Below are positions 19,235-29,189 of a stretch of DNA of 64,000 nt, piece by piece. Every line of letters starts with the position of its first letter. Positions within the stretch are counted from its first letter, which is position 1. The translations under genes and the position numbers were made by a program. The DNA lies in assembly GCA_031385045.1 (NCBI GenBank), contig JANNBC010000024.1, positions 32,001 to 96,000 on the forward strand, written 5' to 3'. The stretch is from a bacterium (GTDB lineage Bacteria > Bdellovibrionota_C > UBA2361 > CALJRW01). The notes beneath the pieces are model-generated. The model saw only the letters and a list, made by a program, of their open reading frames with translations, searched no databases and was not told where the DNA came from.

Positions 19235-22200
19235 TCAGGGATTAGTAACCGGCAAAGTATCTTTTGGTTTTTGTTTATACCAGCCACCATTTGTGGTGTA
19301 GGCATCAAAGCCCCACTTAACCCATTTTATGATTGAGGCTGCTAGCCATAGTGCCCAGAGCAACATTAATATGCGGTAGTACCAAATATCAAATGCTAAG
19401 AACCAAGGACTTGGGATTTCTCCAGTAGTTAAATCCTGATACCAGCTTAAGTATGAGCTACTAGAATCATTTCCAGCAATCATCATTCTAGGAGATCCCA
19501 ATAAGCCAGTTTCAATTGCTTGGTAAAGTGCTTGAAAAGCCCAAAATGACCAAAATGCCAAAAAGATTTGCATTAATGGAAACTTCAAACTGTGGTTCGA
19601 GAGTTTTGTTTTTGCTCTAAATCCTAAGAAGATAAACCAGGTAATAACCATAATGTTAAGACCAAAGTTTACCTGACTTAAACCCATTAATAATAAACAC
19701 CACTGATGGAATTTTAATGGTAAATCTTTTAGGCGACTTAGTGCCCAAGCTAAGATTAATGCCAGCGGAAAATAACCCCAAAAAAGAACGGCTGGGCCAT
19801 ACTGTGTCCCTCCGGTAGCTGTTACCCAGTTCCTTGTTGGCAATTGATAGCTAAGATTTAAATTTGCAGTTGGGGCATTTAGTTGGATCTTAGGTAGCTT
19901 AAAATAGTTATTTAACTTTTTCTTTTCCCGCCATTCTATATCAATAGATTGAGAGCCTGGTACAAGATTAAGATCAATTTTATTGGAATCTGCTTTAAAT
20001 GACTGTGCTACTTGATTAATTTTGACACTAATAATTTCAATTCCGATGGGTAGATCGATTGGATGAATCTCACCTTTACTTGATTTGATTAAAAAATTTA
20101 AAGTATATTTTTGTAAATCTTTTCCAAGATCCGCTACTAGATTTAATGACTCAATAGTTTTGGTAGTGCCCACAATTCCTACCGGTTTCTCTAGTTTTAA
20201 AAGTAGCTTTTCTCCGGGACGTGGATGCCACTCGGGAATTTCTTGGTTGAAATATATTCTTGGGGTTCCCGAGTAATCAAAATGCCAGAGATTACTGGCA
20301 TTAAGGTACCACTTCTCATTCCAAACTTTATTGGAAGCAGCTACTAGCTCTAGCTGATCTGTTACTTTTAAAATTGATTTAAAAGTTTTTTGATATTCGT
20401 TCGGTTTAAATTCGGCAATAACTTGACCATTTTTTACTTCAACTCCAGGAGTCACCAGCGATTCTTCTTTTAAGAGCTGATAACTAATTTCATAACTACT
20501 ACTCGCCGGTGAAAGTCGAACGATAGTTGTAGTAATTGAGGCATCATAGGCAAGGTCGATTTGCCGACTGATCGTAAATTGTTGATCAAGCTTTAAAGGT
20601 TTGACTAGATCTCCTTGTTGTTTATTGGCGGTTGCGTCCACCGGAAGTTCTTTTGCTGCTCTGGTTAGGCTGATCACTTGATCTACTTTGCCGGTATTAC
20701 TAATTCCTGTAACAACCCAATCACTGGCTTTAAATTTTCCAGAACTTGGAATTACTGGGAATGATAAGTTAATTGATTCACGGTCTTTTAAGGAGCCACT
20801 AATTACTAAATTGTTTATTCCTTTAGCCAGTGCCACAAGTAATAAATCCCCATTTGTTTTTAGTCGTAAATGTTCACTACTATTATTAATTGTAATTTCT
20901 TCAACCGCTAAGTCATGGCGATTAAACGGTAGGGGGAAAAAAGAGTCACTAAGATTGTGAATTTCAAATTTAAACTTGAATTTTTGTTCTGCTAAATCTA
21001 TTTCAAAGCGGGAAATATTCGCACAATTAGGTAAGCACTCGGGAGATTTTTCTTGGTTAGTGAGAACGTAACTTGAGAGCTCTTGCAGTAAGTGTTCGTC
21101 AGGAAAGATATCTCCAGTTGTTTGCTCCTGAGCCATAACTTTAGTTTGCTGGCAAAGTAGTAGTGCTAGCATTAAACTGGCTTTTAAAAATGGGACTCTA
21201 AATGGCAATGAGTTTATTAAGAATCTAGCTAATAATAGCAGGATCAAGATTGCTCTTAAGAAACTTAGAATAATATTAGTCATCGGTGAGATTAAGCTAA
21301 ATTTAATTTTTTGATCTTGGATTACTGGCGTATTCCAACCAAAACTATAGGAACTATTTGATTGCCAGTTAGAGACTCCTCGACCAGTTTGTACAGCCTG
21401 ATCAATGTTAGTTTGATATTGTAACTTCTTAACTTCTTCTTTTTTATCATTTTGATAGCCTTCATCAGAAACTTTGCCACGAGCGAGCGAGCCCATTACG
21501 CTGTCGCTCTCCAGAGCAGACAGCGCTTTCTTCATTGGCTCATCGTAGGAAATGCTAGGCGAAGCTACTGATTCAGAGGCGCCACCAAAGGCACTAGCAT
21601 TTAGTTGATCGTTAAAATAGATTCTTTTTAGTTGAGGGTGGATACTAAATTTAATATCATTAAAAATATAATTTAAAACAAAAAGCGTAGTGACGCCAAT
21701 TATTAAGATCTTAAATCGATTACAAAAACTTGCAAATCGTTGATGCTTAACATAAATGCTGAGTGCTGATAGTGCCGTAGCAAAAAGTATAATGCCAGTA
21801 ATGCTAAAAACATTTTTTTCGAATAATAATAAAGCGCCAAAAGCTAAAACGGCACTTTGCCAGTTAAAGACTTTAAAAATTGCTACCACAGTTAACATCA
21901 CTAGGAAGATATCAAGTAGTGTCCATTTTGCTAACCAACTACCATTTACATAATCTACCCCCCAGATATGAAATAGTTGCCAGCCTGGGGCTAAAAATAA
22001 ACTATTATTTACTGAATTAAACTCAGTTTTCCAGCCAGGAAAATTTAGTTCTTGAACATTAGTGGTTTGGCTATTGGCAATCATATTAATATTACCTGGT
22101 CGAACCTCAATTCCAACCAAGTCTCCAGAGTCAGAAGTTTTAGTAATAAGTTGATCGATACCATTGATATTCACATTTCCTAAGCTGTAATCAGGATTAA

Positions 22201-23332
22201 TTGTTAAATGTTGATCGCTAGCAATTTGTCCATTAAGTTCATCCCGAATGGAGAGGGAGGCACCATCAAAATTTAGCTTAATTTGGCGATTAAGACTTAG
22301 CGAGTTAGTTGATTGTTTGGCCTCACCTCGTTTGTGCTCAAGTATTTCTAGCGTTTGGCTTGGTTCAATTTTATAGGTATTAAGATTTTGCCATTCCGCA
22401 GGGATGTTATAGAGAGTGGGATCCACTGCACTTGCACCTGCTAAATCCACAACCCTTAAGCTTGGATTGCTGGCAAAAGACCAAAGCTCAAAGGGAACCC
22501 AATCGTCACCTGTTGGAAATTTAATTTTTTCCAACGCATTATTGGTAAAACTTTCTGTTTGAATTGTATAAGAACCTGCTCTAGCTTGCACTAAAATATT
22601 ACCCTGTTGGTCAATATTAATTGGCAAGGCTGAGGTGATATTAGTTAAGGCAAATCCTGGTAAGCTAATCTGGTTTAATTTTATTTCACGAGATTTACCA
22701 GAGATTTCTAGTTTTACAATTGTTTCTAGTTTGGCTGGAAGGTCGTCCTCGATCTTACGAAATACTTTTAAATCTAAATAATTAATATCTGCAGTAACAG
22801 TTTCTGTAGTTGGTTGATTAAGTGTTAAGGCCCCATTTTGAATATTGGGGAAAGGTAAATTTTTGCCATTAAGTGAAATATCTAAAAGCGCGATGTTCGG
22901 AGGTAGTGTGAATTTATCAGGTAAGGTTGCCCATGTATATTCGCCGGTGATCTGATACTCTCCCGCCTCTAAGTATATACCCGGGGAATTATTAATATTA
23001 GTAATCGCTTGTAATTGACCATTAACTTTTACTGATTGTGGCCAGAATTCTAAGTTACCGGGAAGTGGAATTGAACTTTGATCATCTAAAATAATATTAT
23101 AGCTAAAATTACCGCTAGTATTATTTAATGCTAGATTTAACTTTGATTCCCAAGAACAAATTTTCTGATCATAATTATTAAAACTATAACTACATTTATT
23201 AGTGTCAAAATCTCGGCTAACCCATTTAACCCAAGGCTTTAAACTGTTTGGAATTTGTTCTTCCCAATTAGGATTTGCAAAAAGTTGTATTGGAAATATT
23301 AAGACGATTAGTAAAAAAACAATTTTTTTCAT
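19235..23332 (-). CDS. Large (1365 aa) uncharacterised membrane protein with extensive extracytoplasmic beta-rich regions
   Basis: Signal peptide, two TM clusters separated by long soluble regions; Trp-rich motifs (LKPWVKWV, PGWQLFHIWGVD, WTLLDIF, WYYRILMLLWALWLA). Confidence 0.8.
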   Translation of the reverse strand: MKKIVFLLIVLIFPIQLFANPNWEEQIPNSLKPWVKWVSRDFDTNKCSYSFNNYDQKICSWESKLNLALNNTSGNFSYNIILDDQSSIPLPGNLEFWPQSVKVNGQLQAITNINNSPGIYLEAGEYQITGEYTWATLPDKFTLPPNIALLDISLNGKNLPFPNIQNGALTLNQPTTETVTADINYLDLKVFRKIEDDLPAKLETIVKLEISGKSREIKLNQISLPGFALTNITSALPINIDQQGNILVQARAGSYTIQTESFTNNALEKIKFPTGDDWVPFELWSFASNPSLRVVDLAGASAVDPTLYNIPAEWQNLNTYKIEPSQTLEILEHKRGEAKQSTNSLSLNRQIKLNFDGASLSIRDELNGQIASDQHLTINPDYSLGNVNINGIDQLITKTSDSGDLVGIEVRPGNINMIANSQTTNVQELNFPGWKTEFNSVNNSLFLAPGWQLFHIWGVDYVNGSWLAKWTLLDIFLVMLTVVAIFKVFNWQSAVLAFGALLLFEKNVFSITGIILFATALSALSIYVKHQRFASFCNRFKILIIGVTTLFVLNYIFNDIKFSIHPQLKRIYFNDQLNASAFGGASESVASPSISYDEPMKKALSALESDSVMGSLARGKVSDEGYQNDKKEEVKKLQYQTNIDQAVQTGRGVSNWQSNSSYSFGWNTPVIQDQKIKFSLISPMTNIILSFLRAILILLLLARFLINSLPFRVPFLKASLMLALLLCQQTKVMAQEQTTGDIFPDEHLLQELSSYVLTNQEKSPECLPNCANISRFEIDLAEQKFKFKFEIHNLSDSFFPLPFNRHDLAVEEITINNSSEHLRLKTNGDLLLVALAKGINNLVISGSLKDRESINLSFPVIPSSGKFKASDWVVTGISNTGKVDQVISLTRAAKELPVDATANKQQGDLVKPLKLDQQFTISRQIDLAYDASITTTIVRLSPASSSYEISYQLLKEESLVTPGVEVKNGQVIAEFKPNEYQKTFKSILKVTDQLELVAASNKVWNEKWYLNASNLWHFDYSGTPRIYFNQEIPEWHPRPGEKLLLKLEKPVGIVGTTKTIESLNLVADLGKDLQKYTLNFLIKSSKGEIHPIDLPIGIEIISVKINQVAQSFKADSNKIDLNLVPGSQSIDIEWREKKKLNNYFKLPKIQLNAPTANLNLSYQLPTRNWVTATGGTQYGPAVLFWGYFPLALILAWALSRLKDLPLKFHQWCLLLMGLSQVNFGLNIMVITWFIFLGFRAKTKLSNHSLKFPLMQIFLAFWSFWAFQALYQAIETGLLGSPRMMIAGNDSSSSYLSWYQDLTTGEIPSPWFLAFDIWYYRILMLLWALWLAASIIKWVKWGFDAYTTNGGWYKQKPKDTLPVTNP

Positions 23333-23543
23333 ATTTTATTTAAGGGGCAAAAAATAGCTTAATTTAATATAGTAGAAAGATATTTTGCTTGCTAGGACAT
23401 ATTATTCCTTAACTAAACAATTTAAATTGGCCATTTAGCTTAAAACAGGCTCAATTTAAAACTAAAAAGCTGATTTTTAATTAAAAATTAAAGGTTTGGT
23501 TCTTAATCTTCGATATTAATACAGGGCATTTATTGTATAAAGA

Positions 23544-24110
23544 ATGAATCGGGGATTTTCTCTTATTGAATTATTAGTAACAACTAGTATCGTTTCGATA
23601 CTGGCATCTTTAAGCGTAGCTAATGTTAATGCTTTTAGAGAGTCGGCAATGTATGCCGCTGCTAAATCTGAGATGATCCAAATTAGAACTGTTGTGGTCG
23701 CTGCTCAAAATAATTCTAACCTACGTTTAGCTGACATCACTGGTTCTGAATATTCAGTAGGACCTTGTTTTGGTTCTTCTGATTTAAGTCAGATAGCAGA
23801 CTCTCATCCATGTTACCAAAGAACATTGTTATCTTTTACTCGAATTGCCAATGCTGCTGGTATTCCTGGTGCGCTAGATGGAATGATCCGTGACCCCTGG
23901 GGAGCACCTTGGCTTTTAGATGAGAACGAGGGTCAAGGTGGCGGAGCCTGCAGCAATGATTACTTTAGTAGTTGTGGAGTAAATCGCACCGTCGAGACTC
24001 CAGCAGGCAAAAGCTTTAGTGGGATCGGCTTAAGTTTTCCTTTTGCAACCCCAAAATGTGTTAATAGCGTAACATCTTTTGGAGATAAGTTTTGGGGTAG
24101 AACTTCATGA
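23544..24110 (+). CDS. Type IV pilin / pseudopilin-like protein
   Basis: Prepilin cleavage and methylation motif RG|FSLIELLV, hydrophobic helix, GspG-like DPWG motif, five Cys. Confidence 0.85.
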   Translation: MNRGFSLIELLVTTSIVSILASLSVANVNAFRESAMYAAAKSEMIQIRTVVVAAQNNSNLRLADITGSEYSVGPCFGSSDLSQIADSHPCYQRTLLSFTRIANAAGIPGALDGMIRDPWGAPWLLDENEGQGGGACSNDYFSSCGVNRTVETPAGKSFSGIGLSFPFATPKCVNSVTSFGDKFWGRTS

Positions 24111-24143
24111 GTTTTTACATATTAAATCCATTTTGATAAGTTT

Positions 24144-24318
24144 ATATAGTGATGACAAAAAATAAATTACGTAAAAGTTACATAGATCAATTTGTTTTTT
24201 TGTCATAACTATATGGTTTTATTATCCCTCCGGGGGATAGAAAGCCCCAAAAAGTAATTTCCTTATGTAAATTACTTTTGGACTTTCTATATTGAGTCCA
24301 AGAAATAATTTACCTTAC
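24144..24318. repeat. Three-hairpin palindromic element, copy 2, plus a partial third copy of the terminal hairpin
   Basis: ATATAG...CTATAT stem 24144-24214; hairpin 24215-24246; CCAAAAAGTAATTTCCTTA..AAATTACTTTTGGACTTTCTATATT 24247-24293; GAGTCCAAGAAATAATTTACCTTAC 24294-24318. Confidence 0.7.
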
Positions 24319-24402
24319 ATTTGGGGATTTTGATTTGGAGTAACTATTTTGCATGTTGCAAATATTAAGCCAGCTCCCTTTTTTTTTATATTTTTATTTT
24401 TT

Positions 24403-25536
24403 GTGTTAACTGAAAACTTAAACGAATCTTCTGGCACTATTGCTAAAATTAATTTAGCTAATCTAGCACATAATTTTCTAGCGATTAAGAAATTAGTCGG
24501 TAGAACGAAGATTATGGCAATGGTTAAAGCTGATGCTTATGGCCATGGAATGATCCCTATTGCTCAGCGATTAATTACTTCGGGAGTTGATTATTTGGGA
24601 GTTGCATTTGTCGAAGAGGGGATTGCTTTGCGCCAAGCAGGAGTTTTGACACCAGTTTTGGTCACGGGTGGTATCTTAGGAAAGCAATTTGCAAATTTTT
24701 TAGATTATAATTTAGAAATTACTCTTTCTTCGGTTTATAAACTGGCGGAGCTAGAGAGCGTTTGTCAGCAGAAAAATAAAATTGCTCAAGTTCATTTAAA
24801 GATTGATACAGGAATGGAGCGTATTGGCATTCACTCGGAGAATGCCAGTCAATTAATTGATCGAGCAATTAATTCCAAGTGGATTGAGATTAAAGGAGTC
24901 TATTCCCATTTTGCCTGTGCGGATCAAGTTGGTTCAAATTTTACAAAGCTCCAATTAGAAAAGTTTTTAAATGTTGTTGATTACTTTAAAAAGCAGAATT
25001 ATCGGAGTCCGGTATTAATGCATCTTGCTAATTCTGCTGCTCTAGATACTTGTCCTGAAAGTTTTTTAGATTTAGTGAGGCCAGGGATTTTTCTTTACGG
25101 TTGCTATCCAGAAAATCATTTCCAATCTTCCTTGGAGCTTCGACCTGTTTTATCTTTAGAGACTAAAGTTGTTTATTTTAAAGTCATTCCGGCAAATACT
25201 GGCGTAAGTTATAGTCATAGTTGGAAATCTACTAAGCAAACTAGAATTGTCACTTTACCAATTGGTTATGGGCATGGTTATTCGCGCGCCTTGGCTAATC
25301 GAGCAGATGTGCTGATTCATGGCAAGCGCTGTCAACTTGTTGGAAATATTTGTATGGATCAATTAATGGTGGATTTAGGGGATCATCAGGCTTATGTCGA
25401 TGACTCGGTTGTATTAATTGGTCAAGATGGTGATCAACGAATTACGGTAGAAAAACTTGCGGAGTTATCTGGCACCATTTCTTATGAAATTTTAACAAAT
25501 CTAAAATCGCGTATTCCGCGAATTTACCAAGAATAG
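24403..25536 (+). CDS. alr: Alanine racemase
   Basis: AMVKADAYGHG (PLP Lys), HLKIDTGMERIG, HLANSA, GYGHGY, GNICMDQ, TISYEI. Start uncertain: GTG 24403 chosen; the track starts at 24349. Confidence 0.96.
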   Translation: MLTENLNESSGTIAKINLANLAHNFLAIKKLVGRTKIMAMVKADAYGHGMIPIAQRLITSGVDYLGVAFVEEGIALRQAGVLTPVLVTGGILGKQFANFLDYNLEITLSSVYKLAELESVCQQKNKIAQVHLKIDTGMERIGIHSENASQLIDRAINSKWIEIKGVYSHFACADQVGSNFTKLQLEKFLNVVDYFKKQNYRSPVLMHLANSAALDTCPESFLDLVRPGIFLYGCYPENHFQSSLELRPVLSLETKVVYFKVIPANTGVSYSHSWKSTKQTRIVTLPIGYGHGYSRALANRADVLIHGKRCQLVGNICMDQLMVDLGDHQAYVDDSVVLIGQDGDQRITVEKLAELSGTISYEILTNLKSRIPRIYQE

Positions 25537-25544
25537 TATTTCGT

Positions 25545-26606
25545 ATGAGCGATAGCCAAATCACTGCCAAGTTACTTAATGCTGCTGAATTATTTCACTA
25601 TGCTAATAAATTTAGAGGCCAGGTTTTTATTGTAATATTTAAAAACAATGCGGACTTTTTTAGTTTAGTTACTGATTTAAAAGTTATTCATAAGGCGCAA
25701 ATCAATTTAATAGTGATTTTGGAACAAGAAAAAGATTTTTTAAAGATTCAAGAATATTGTCGCTTTGATTTAGAATTTAAAACTATTGATGTGGCAGATT
25801 TAGCAATAAGCTACGAGGTTATTGATCTGCAGCGGCAAGGATTGTGTCCTGTAATTAATTTAAATCTGGAATCGACTATCGAATTTATTAAAAGCCTGGA
25901 TGACTTGCAGGCAATTAATAAATTAATTTTTGCTGGTTGTTATCAACCTTTGATAATTGAAGGGGAGATTAAGTATTTTATTACGCAAACTGATTTAATT
26001 GAAAAAGTGGAACAGAATCAGTCTTATAATTTACTAGCTAGCTACCTCCATTTGTTAAATAATAAATCTGACTTGGTGTTGATTCCGGCTAAACAAGGGG
26101 AGTTATTTCGAGAAATATTTACCTATTTAGGTGCTGGAACTCTAGTAACAGCACAGTCTGATATAGTTTTTCAGCTGGCCTTACTAAAACAAGTTCCACA
26201 AATTTATTATATTCTTCTGACCTACGTGGATGAGGGGTTAATTTTGCCAATTTCTGAACAAGAGATTGTCGAACGGCTAGGTGATTTTTTTGTACTTAGT
26301 ATCGAAGATGAGGTGATTGGAGTTGTTTCTATTAAGATTTATGAACAAGCTGCGGAGATTGGAAAGCTCTGCACCTTGCCGCGTTATCGTAATAAAGGTT
26401 TGGCTAGTAGTCTGATTCAGCAGGTAATCAAATACTGTCAGGCTCAAAAGCTTGATTACTTATTTGCTTTAAGTCGTAATCAGAATGTTTTAGATATTTT
26501 TCGTAATTTTGGCTTTCAAGATTGTCCGCGTGAGGAGTTACCAATGGCCTGGCAGGCGGGGTATGATTTTGCGAGGCCATCGAGGGCTTGTCGTCTGAAA
26601 ATTTAA
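25545..26606 (+). CDS. argA: Amino-acid N-acetyltransferase (N-acetylglutamate synthase, ArgA-like) with a shortened kinase-like domain
   Basis: YANKFRGQVFIV and ELFREIFTYLGAGTLV match ArgA linker motifs; C-terminal GNAT domain (AEIGKLCTLPRYRNKGLAS). Confidence 0.7.
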   Translation: MSDSQITAKLLNAAELFHYANKFRGQVFIVIFKNNADFFSLVTDLKVIHKAQINLIVILEQEKDFLKIQEYCRFDLEFKTIDVADLAISYEVIDLQRQGLCPVINLNLESTIEFIKSLDDLQAINKLIFAGCYQPLIIEGEIKYFITQTDLIEKVEQNQSYNLLASYLHLLNNKSDLVLIPAKQGELFREIFTYLGAGTLVTAQSDIVFQLALLKQVPQIYYILLTYVDEGLILPISEQEIVERLGDFFVLSIEDEVIGVVSIKIYEQAAEIGKLCTLPRYRNKGLASSLIQQVIKYCQAQKLDYLFALSRNQNVLDIFRNFGFQDCPREELPMAWQAGYDFARPSRACRLKI

Positions 26607-26758
26607 GGGTTTTTTAGACTTGCTTTATATTTCCTAAATGACTAGTATCATTACTTATTTGATTATCCACCCAGTAACAAACAAATTTTGCATATATGCT
26701 TAAATTGTATCTGGTGGTTAATATGATGGCTTAGCCATTATAATTTACATTTGTTGTT

Positions 26759-27055
26759 ATGAATAAATCTGAACTCATTGAAAAATTAGCTATTAAGTCA
26801 AACATCAGTATTCTTCAGGCGGAAGAGATTATTAACCTAATCTTTCGTAAGATGCGCGATACTCTAGTAAATGATGGAAGAATCGAAATTAGAGGTTTCG
26901 GCAGTTTTGTAGTTAAGAAATATCAGTCTTATAAGGGGCGTAATCCTAAGACTGGTGATGAAATTCCTGTTCCAGACAAGCGTCTTCCTGCATTTAAAGT
27001 CGGGAAGGAGCTAAAAGAGCGAGTAGATGCTTATCGTAAGCCTGGAGAGTCATAA
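26759..27055 (+). CDS. ihfB: Integration host factor beta / HU family DNA-binding protein
   Basis: MNKSELIE, RIEIRGFGSF, GRNPKTG, PAFKVGKELKERV. Confidence 0.88.
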   Translation: MNKSELIEKLAIKSNISILQAEEIINLIFRKMRDTLVNDGRIEIRGFGSFVVKKYQSYKGRNPKTGDEIPVPDKRLPAFKVGKELKERVDAYRKPGES

Positions 27056-27061
27056 TCAAAG

Positions 27062-27355
27062 ATGAATCTTCCACAAAGAATTAAAGTTCAAGCCGTTATA
27101 AAGTCTAGATATAATTCAGAAATGTTCACAGACTTCTCTGGCCTTAGTCGTCCAGCTAACTGGGATGATCGTAAATCTGGGCTAGAACAAGTTTTGACAT
27201 CAAATGGTGAGCAGATTGCCTTGCGTTCTGGCGGTGCACAGTCAACTCCTAAAGAGGGTTGGGTTTTATTATTAACCGCCGGAAGTGATGAAGAAGGTTA
27301 TGAATGGACATTATATGGCATCACAAAAAGTCCTGTTTCTTCTAATAAGAGTTAG
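27062..27355 (+). CDS. Hypothetical protein directly downstream of ihfB
   Basis: 97-aa ORF starting 6 nt after the ihfB stop; no recognised motif. Confidence 0.65.
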   Translation: MNLPQRIKVQAVIKSRYNSEMFTDFSGLSRPANWDDRKSGLEQVLTSNGEQIALRSGGAQSTPKEGWVLLLTAGSDEEGYEWTLYGITKSPVSSNKS

Positions 27356-27438
27356 TTTTTGTAGAAAATCTGTACTTCGGGAAACTTCCTGAAACTCTTC
27401 TTTTTTTATACTCAATAAATTTATTTAATTGGTTAATC

Positions 27439-28440
27439 ATGAAAATCACAAATCCAAAAGTTGCTATCGTTGGTTGCACTGGAGTCGTTGGTACTGAGAT
27501 GTTGAATGTCCTAAAGGAAAGAAATTTTCCTTATGCTGAGATTCGTTTATTGGCGTCAGCTAATTCTGCCGGCGAGCTTTATGAATTTGATGATCAAGAA
27601 TTAATTGTTGAAGAGTTAAATGATAATTCATTTGAGCAAGTTGATATTGCTTTATTTGCAACTAGTGCGGAATTATCTGCTAAATATGTACCAATAGCTC
27701 AAAAAGCTGGAGCTATTTCTATTGATAACTCAAGTTACTTTCGAATGGATCCAAATGTTCCGTTAGTTGTTCCAGAAGTCAATCCTCATGCTATCAAATC
27801 AACAGATCGAATTATTGCGAATCCTAACTGTTCAACAATCCAGTTGGTTCCAGTTTTAAAAGCTTTGGAAGCGGCTGTAGGGATTAAACGAGTCGTTGTT
27901 TCCACTTATCAGGCTGTCTCTGGCGCAGGAAAAGCTGCTATGGAGGAGCTGTGGCAACAGACAGTTGGGATTTTAAATCAAAAAGAAGTTGCTCCAGAAG
28001 CATTTTTACACCAGATTGCTTTTAACTGTATTCCTCAAATCGATGTGTTTCAAGATGATGGTTACACCAAAGAAGAAACTAAAGTCATAAATGAGAGTCG
28101 GAAGATTCTAGAACTTCCTGATTTAGCGATTACATGTACGGCCGTTCGAGTTCCAGTTTTTAATTCACATGCCGAAAGTGTCAATGTCGAACTCAAACAA
28201 GACCTGTCAATGGAAGCTTTGATTGACAAGTTAAAAAGTATTCCTGGTGTTAAGGTTTTTAGTGATCCGAGTGAATATCCACTACAGATTAACGTTTCTG
28301 GTTCTGATGATATTTTTGTTGGTCGAATTCGTCGTGATTCTTCAGTTCCTTTTGGTTACAATTTATGGATCGTAGCTGATAATTTAAAGAAAGGTGCTGC
28401 CTTAAATGCTGTGCAGATTGCGGAATTGTTTGTTAAGTAA
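27439..28440 (+). CDS. asd: Aspartate-semialdehyde dehydrogenase
   Basis: VGCTGVVG, IDNSSYFR, IIANPNCST, TYQAVSGAG, DNLKKGAALNAVQIAE. Confidence 0.97.
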   Translation: MKITNPKVAIVGCTGVVGTEMLNVLKERNFPYAEIRLLASANSAGELYEFDDQELIVEELNDNSFEQVDIALFATSAELSAKYVPIAQKAGAISIDNSSYFRMDPNVPLVVPEVNPHAIKSTDRIIANPNCSTIQLVPVLKALEAAVGIKRVVVSTYQAVSGAGKAAMEELWQQTVGILNQKEVAPEAFLHQIAFNCIPQIDVFQDDGYTKEETKVINESRKILELPDLAITCTAVRVPVFNSHAESVNVELKQDLSMEALIDKLKSIPGVKVFSDPSEYPLQINVSGSDDIFVGRIRRDSSVPFGYNLWIVADNLKKGAALNAVQIAELFVK

Positions 28441-29183
28441 TGCCAAACTACAAATTAACTTTAGAGTATGATGGTTCAAGCTTTCAAGGCTGGCATCAGC
28501 AGAAAAATGGATCTTCAATTTCTGAAGAAATATTAAAGACGTTAAGCTTAATTTTACCTCTGCCAGTTGAGCAGATCTACGCCTCCGGACGAACTGATTC
28601 GGGAGTTCATGCTAAGGCTCAAATCGCCAATTTTCATTACCCGCAGCTAATTGACTGTGATGCTTTGTTATTAAGCATTAGTAGTATTCTGAGAGGCCGA
28701 GTTGCCGTATTAGCTGTAGAGCTTGTGCCTGATGACTTTCATGCGCGTTTTTCTGCTGTTGGCAAAGTCTATACTTATCAAATTCTTAATCGTCCAGCAC
28801 CAGCAAGTTATTTACGTCAGCAAGTTTGGCATGTTCCGCAAAAATTAAATTTAGAGTTAATGCAGCTCGAAGCTCAGTCATTAATTGGTGAGCATGATTT
28901 TACAAGTTTTCGGGCGATGAATTGCGAGGCCAAAAGTGCAGTCAAGAAAATTCATCAGATTGACTTTGAGTTAAGAGATTTTTTGGTAATTATTCGAATT
29001 GAGGGGACTGGCTTTTTAAAGCAAATGGTTCGAAATATTGTAGGAACGCTCGTTGATTTTGGTAAGGGGAGTGCACACCTTAAAGATTCTTCGATTAAGG
29101 AAATTTTGTTAAAAAGAGATCGTCGTAGTGCTGGTCAGACAGCTCCAGCCGAAGGGCTCTTTTTAGAGAGAGTCATTTACTAA
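28440..29183 (+). CDS. truA: tRNA pseudouridine(38-40) synthase
   Basis: EYDGSSFQGW, SGRTDSGVHA, FHARFSA, GEHDFTSF, FLKQMVRNIVG; overlaps the asd stop. Confidence 0.97.
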   Translation: MPNYKLTLEYDGSSFQGWHQQKNGSSISEEILKTLSLILPLPVEQIYASGRTDSGVHAKAQIANFHYPQLIDCDALLLSISSILRGRVAVLAVELVPDDFHARFSAVGKVYTYQILNRPAPASYLRQQVWHVPQKLNLELMQLEAQSLIGEHDFTSFRAMNCEAKSAVKKIHQIDFELRDFLVIIRIEGTGFLKQMVRNIVGTLVDFGKGSAHLKDSSIKEILLKRDRRSAGQTAPAEGLFLERVIY

Positions 29184-29189
29184 GAGTTT

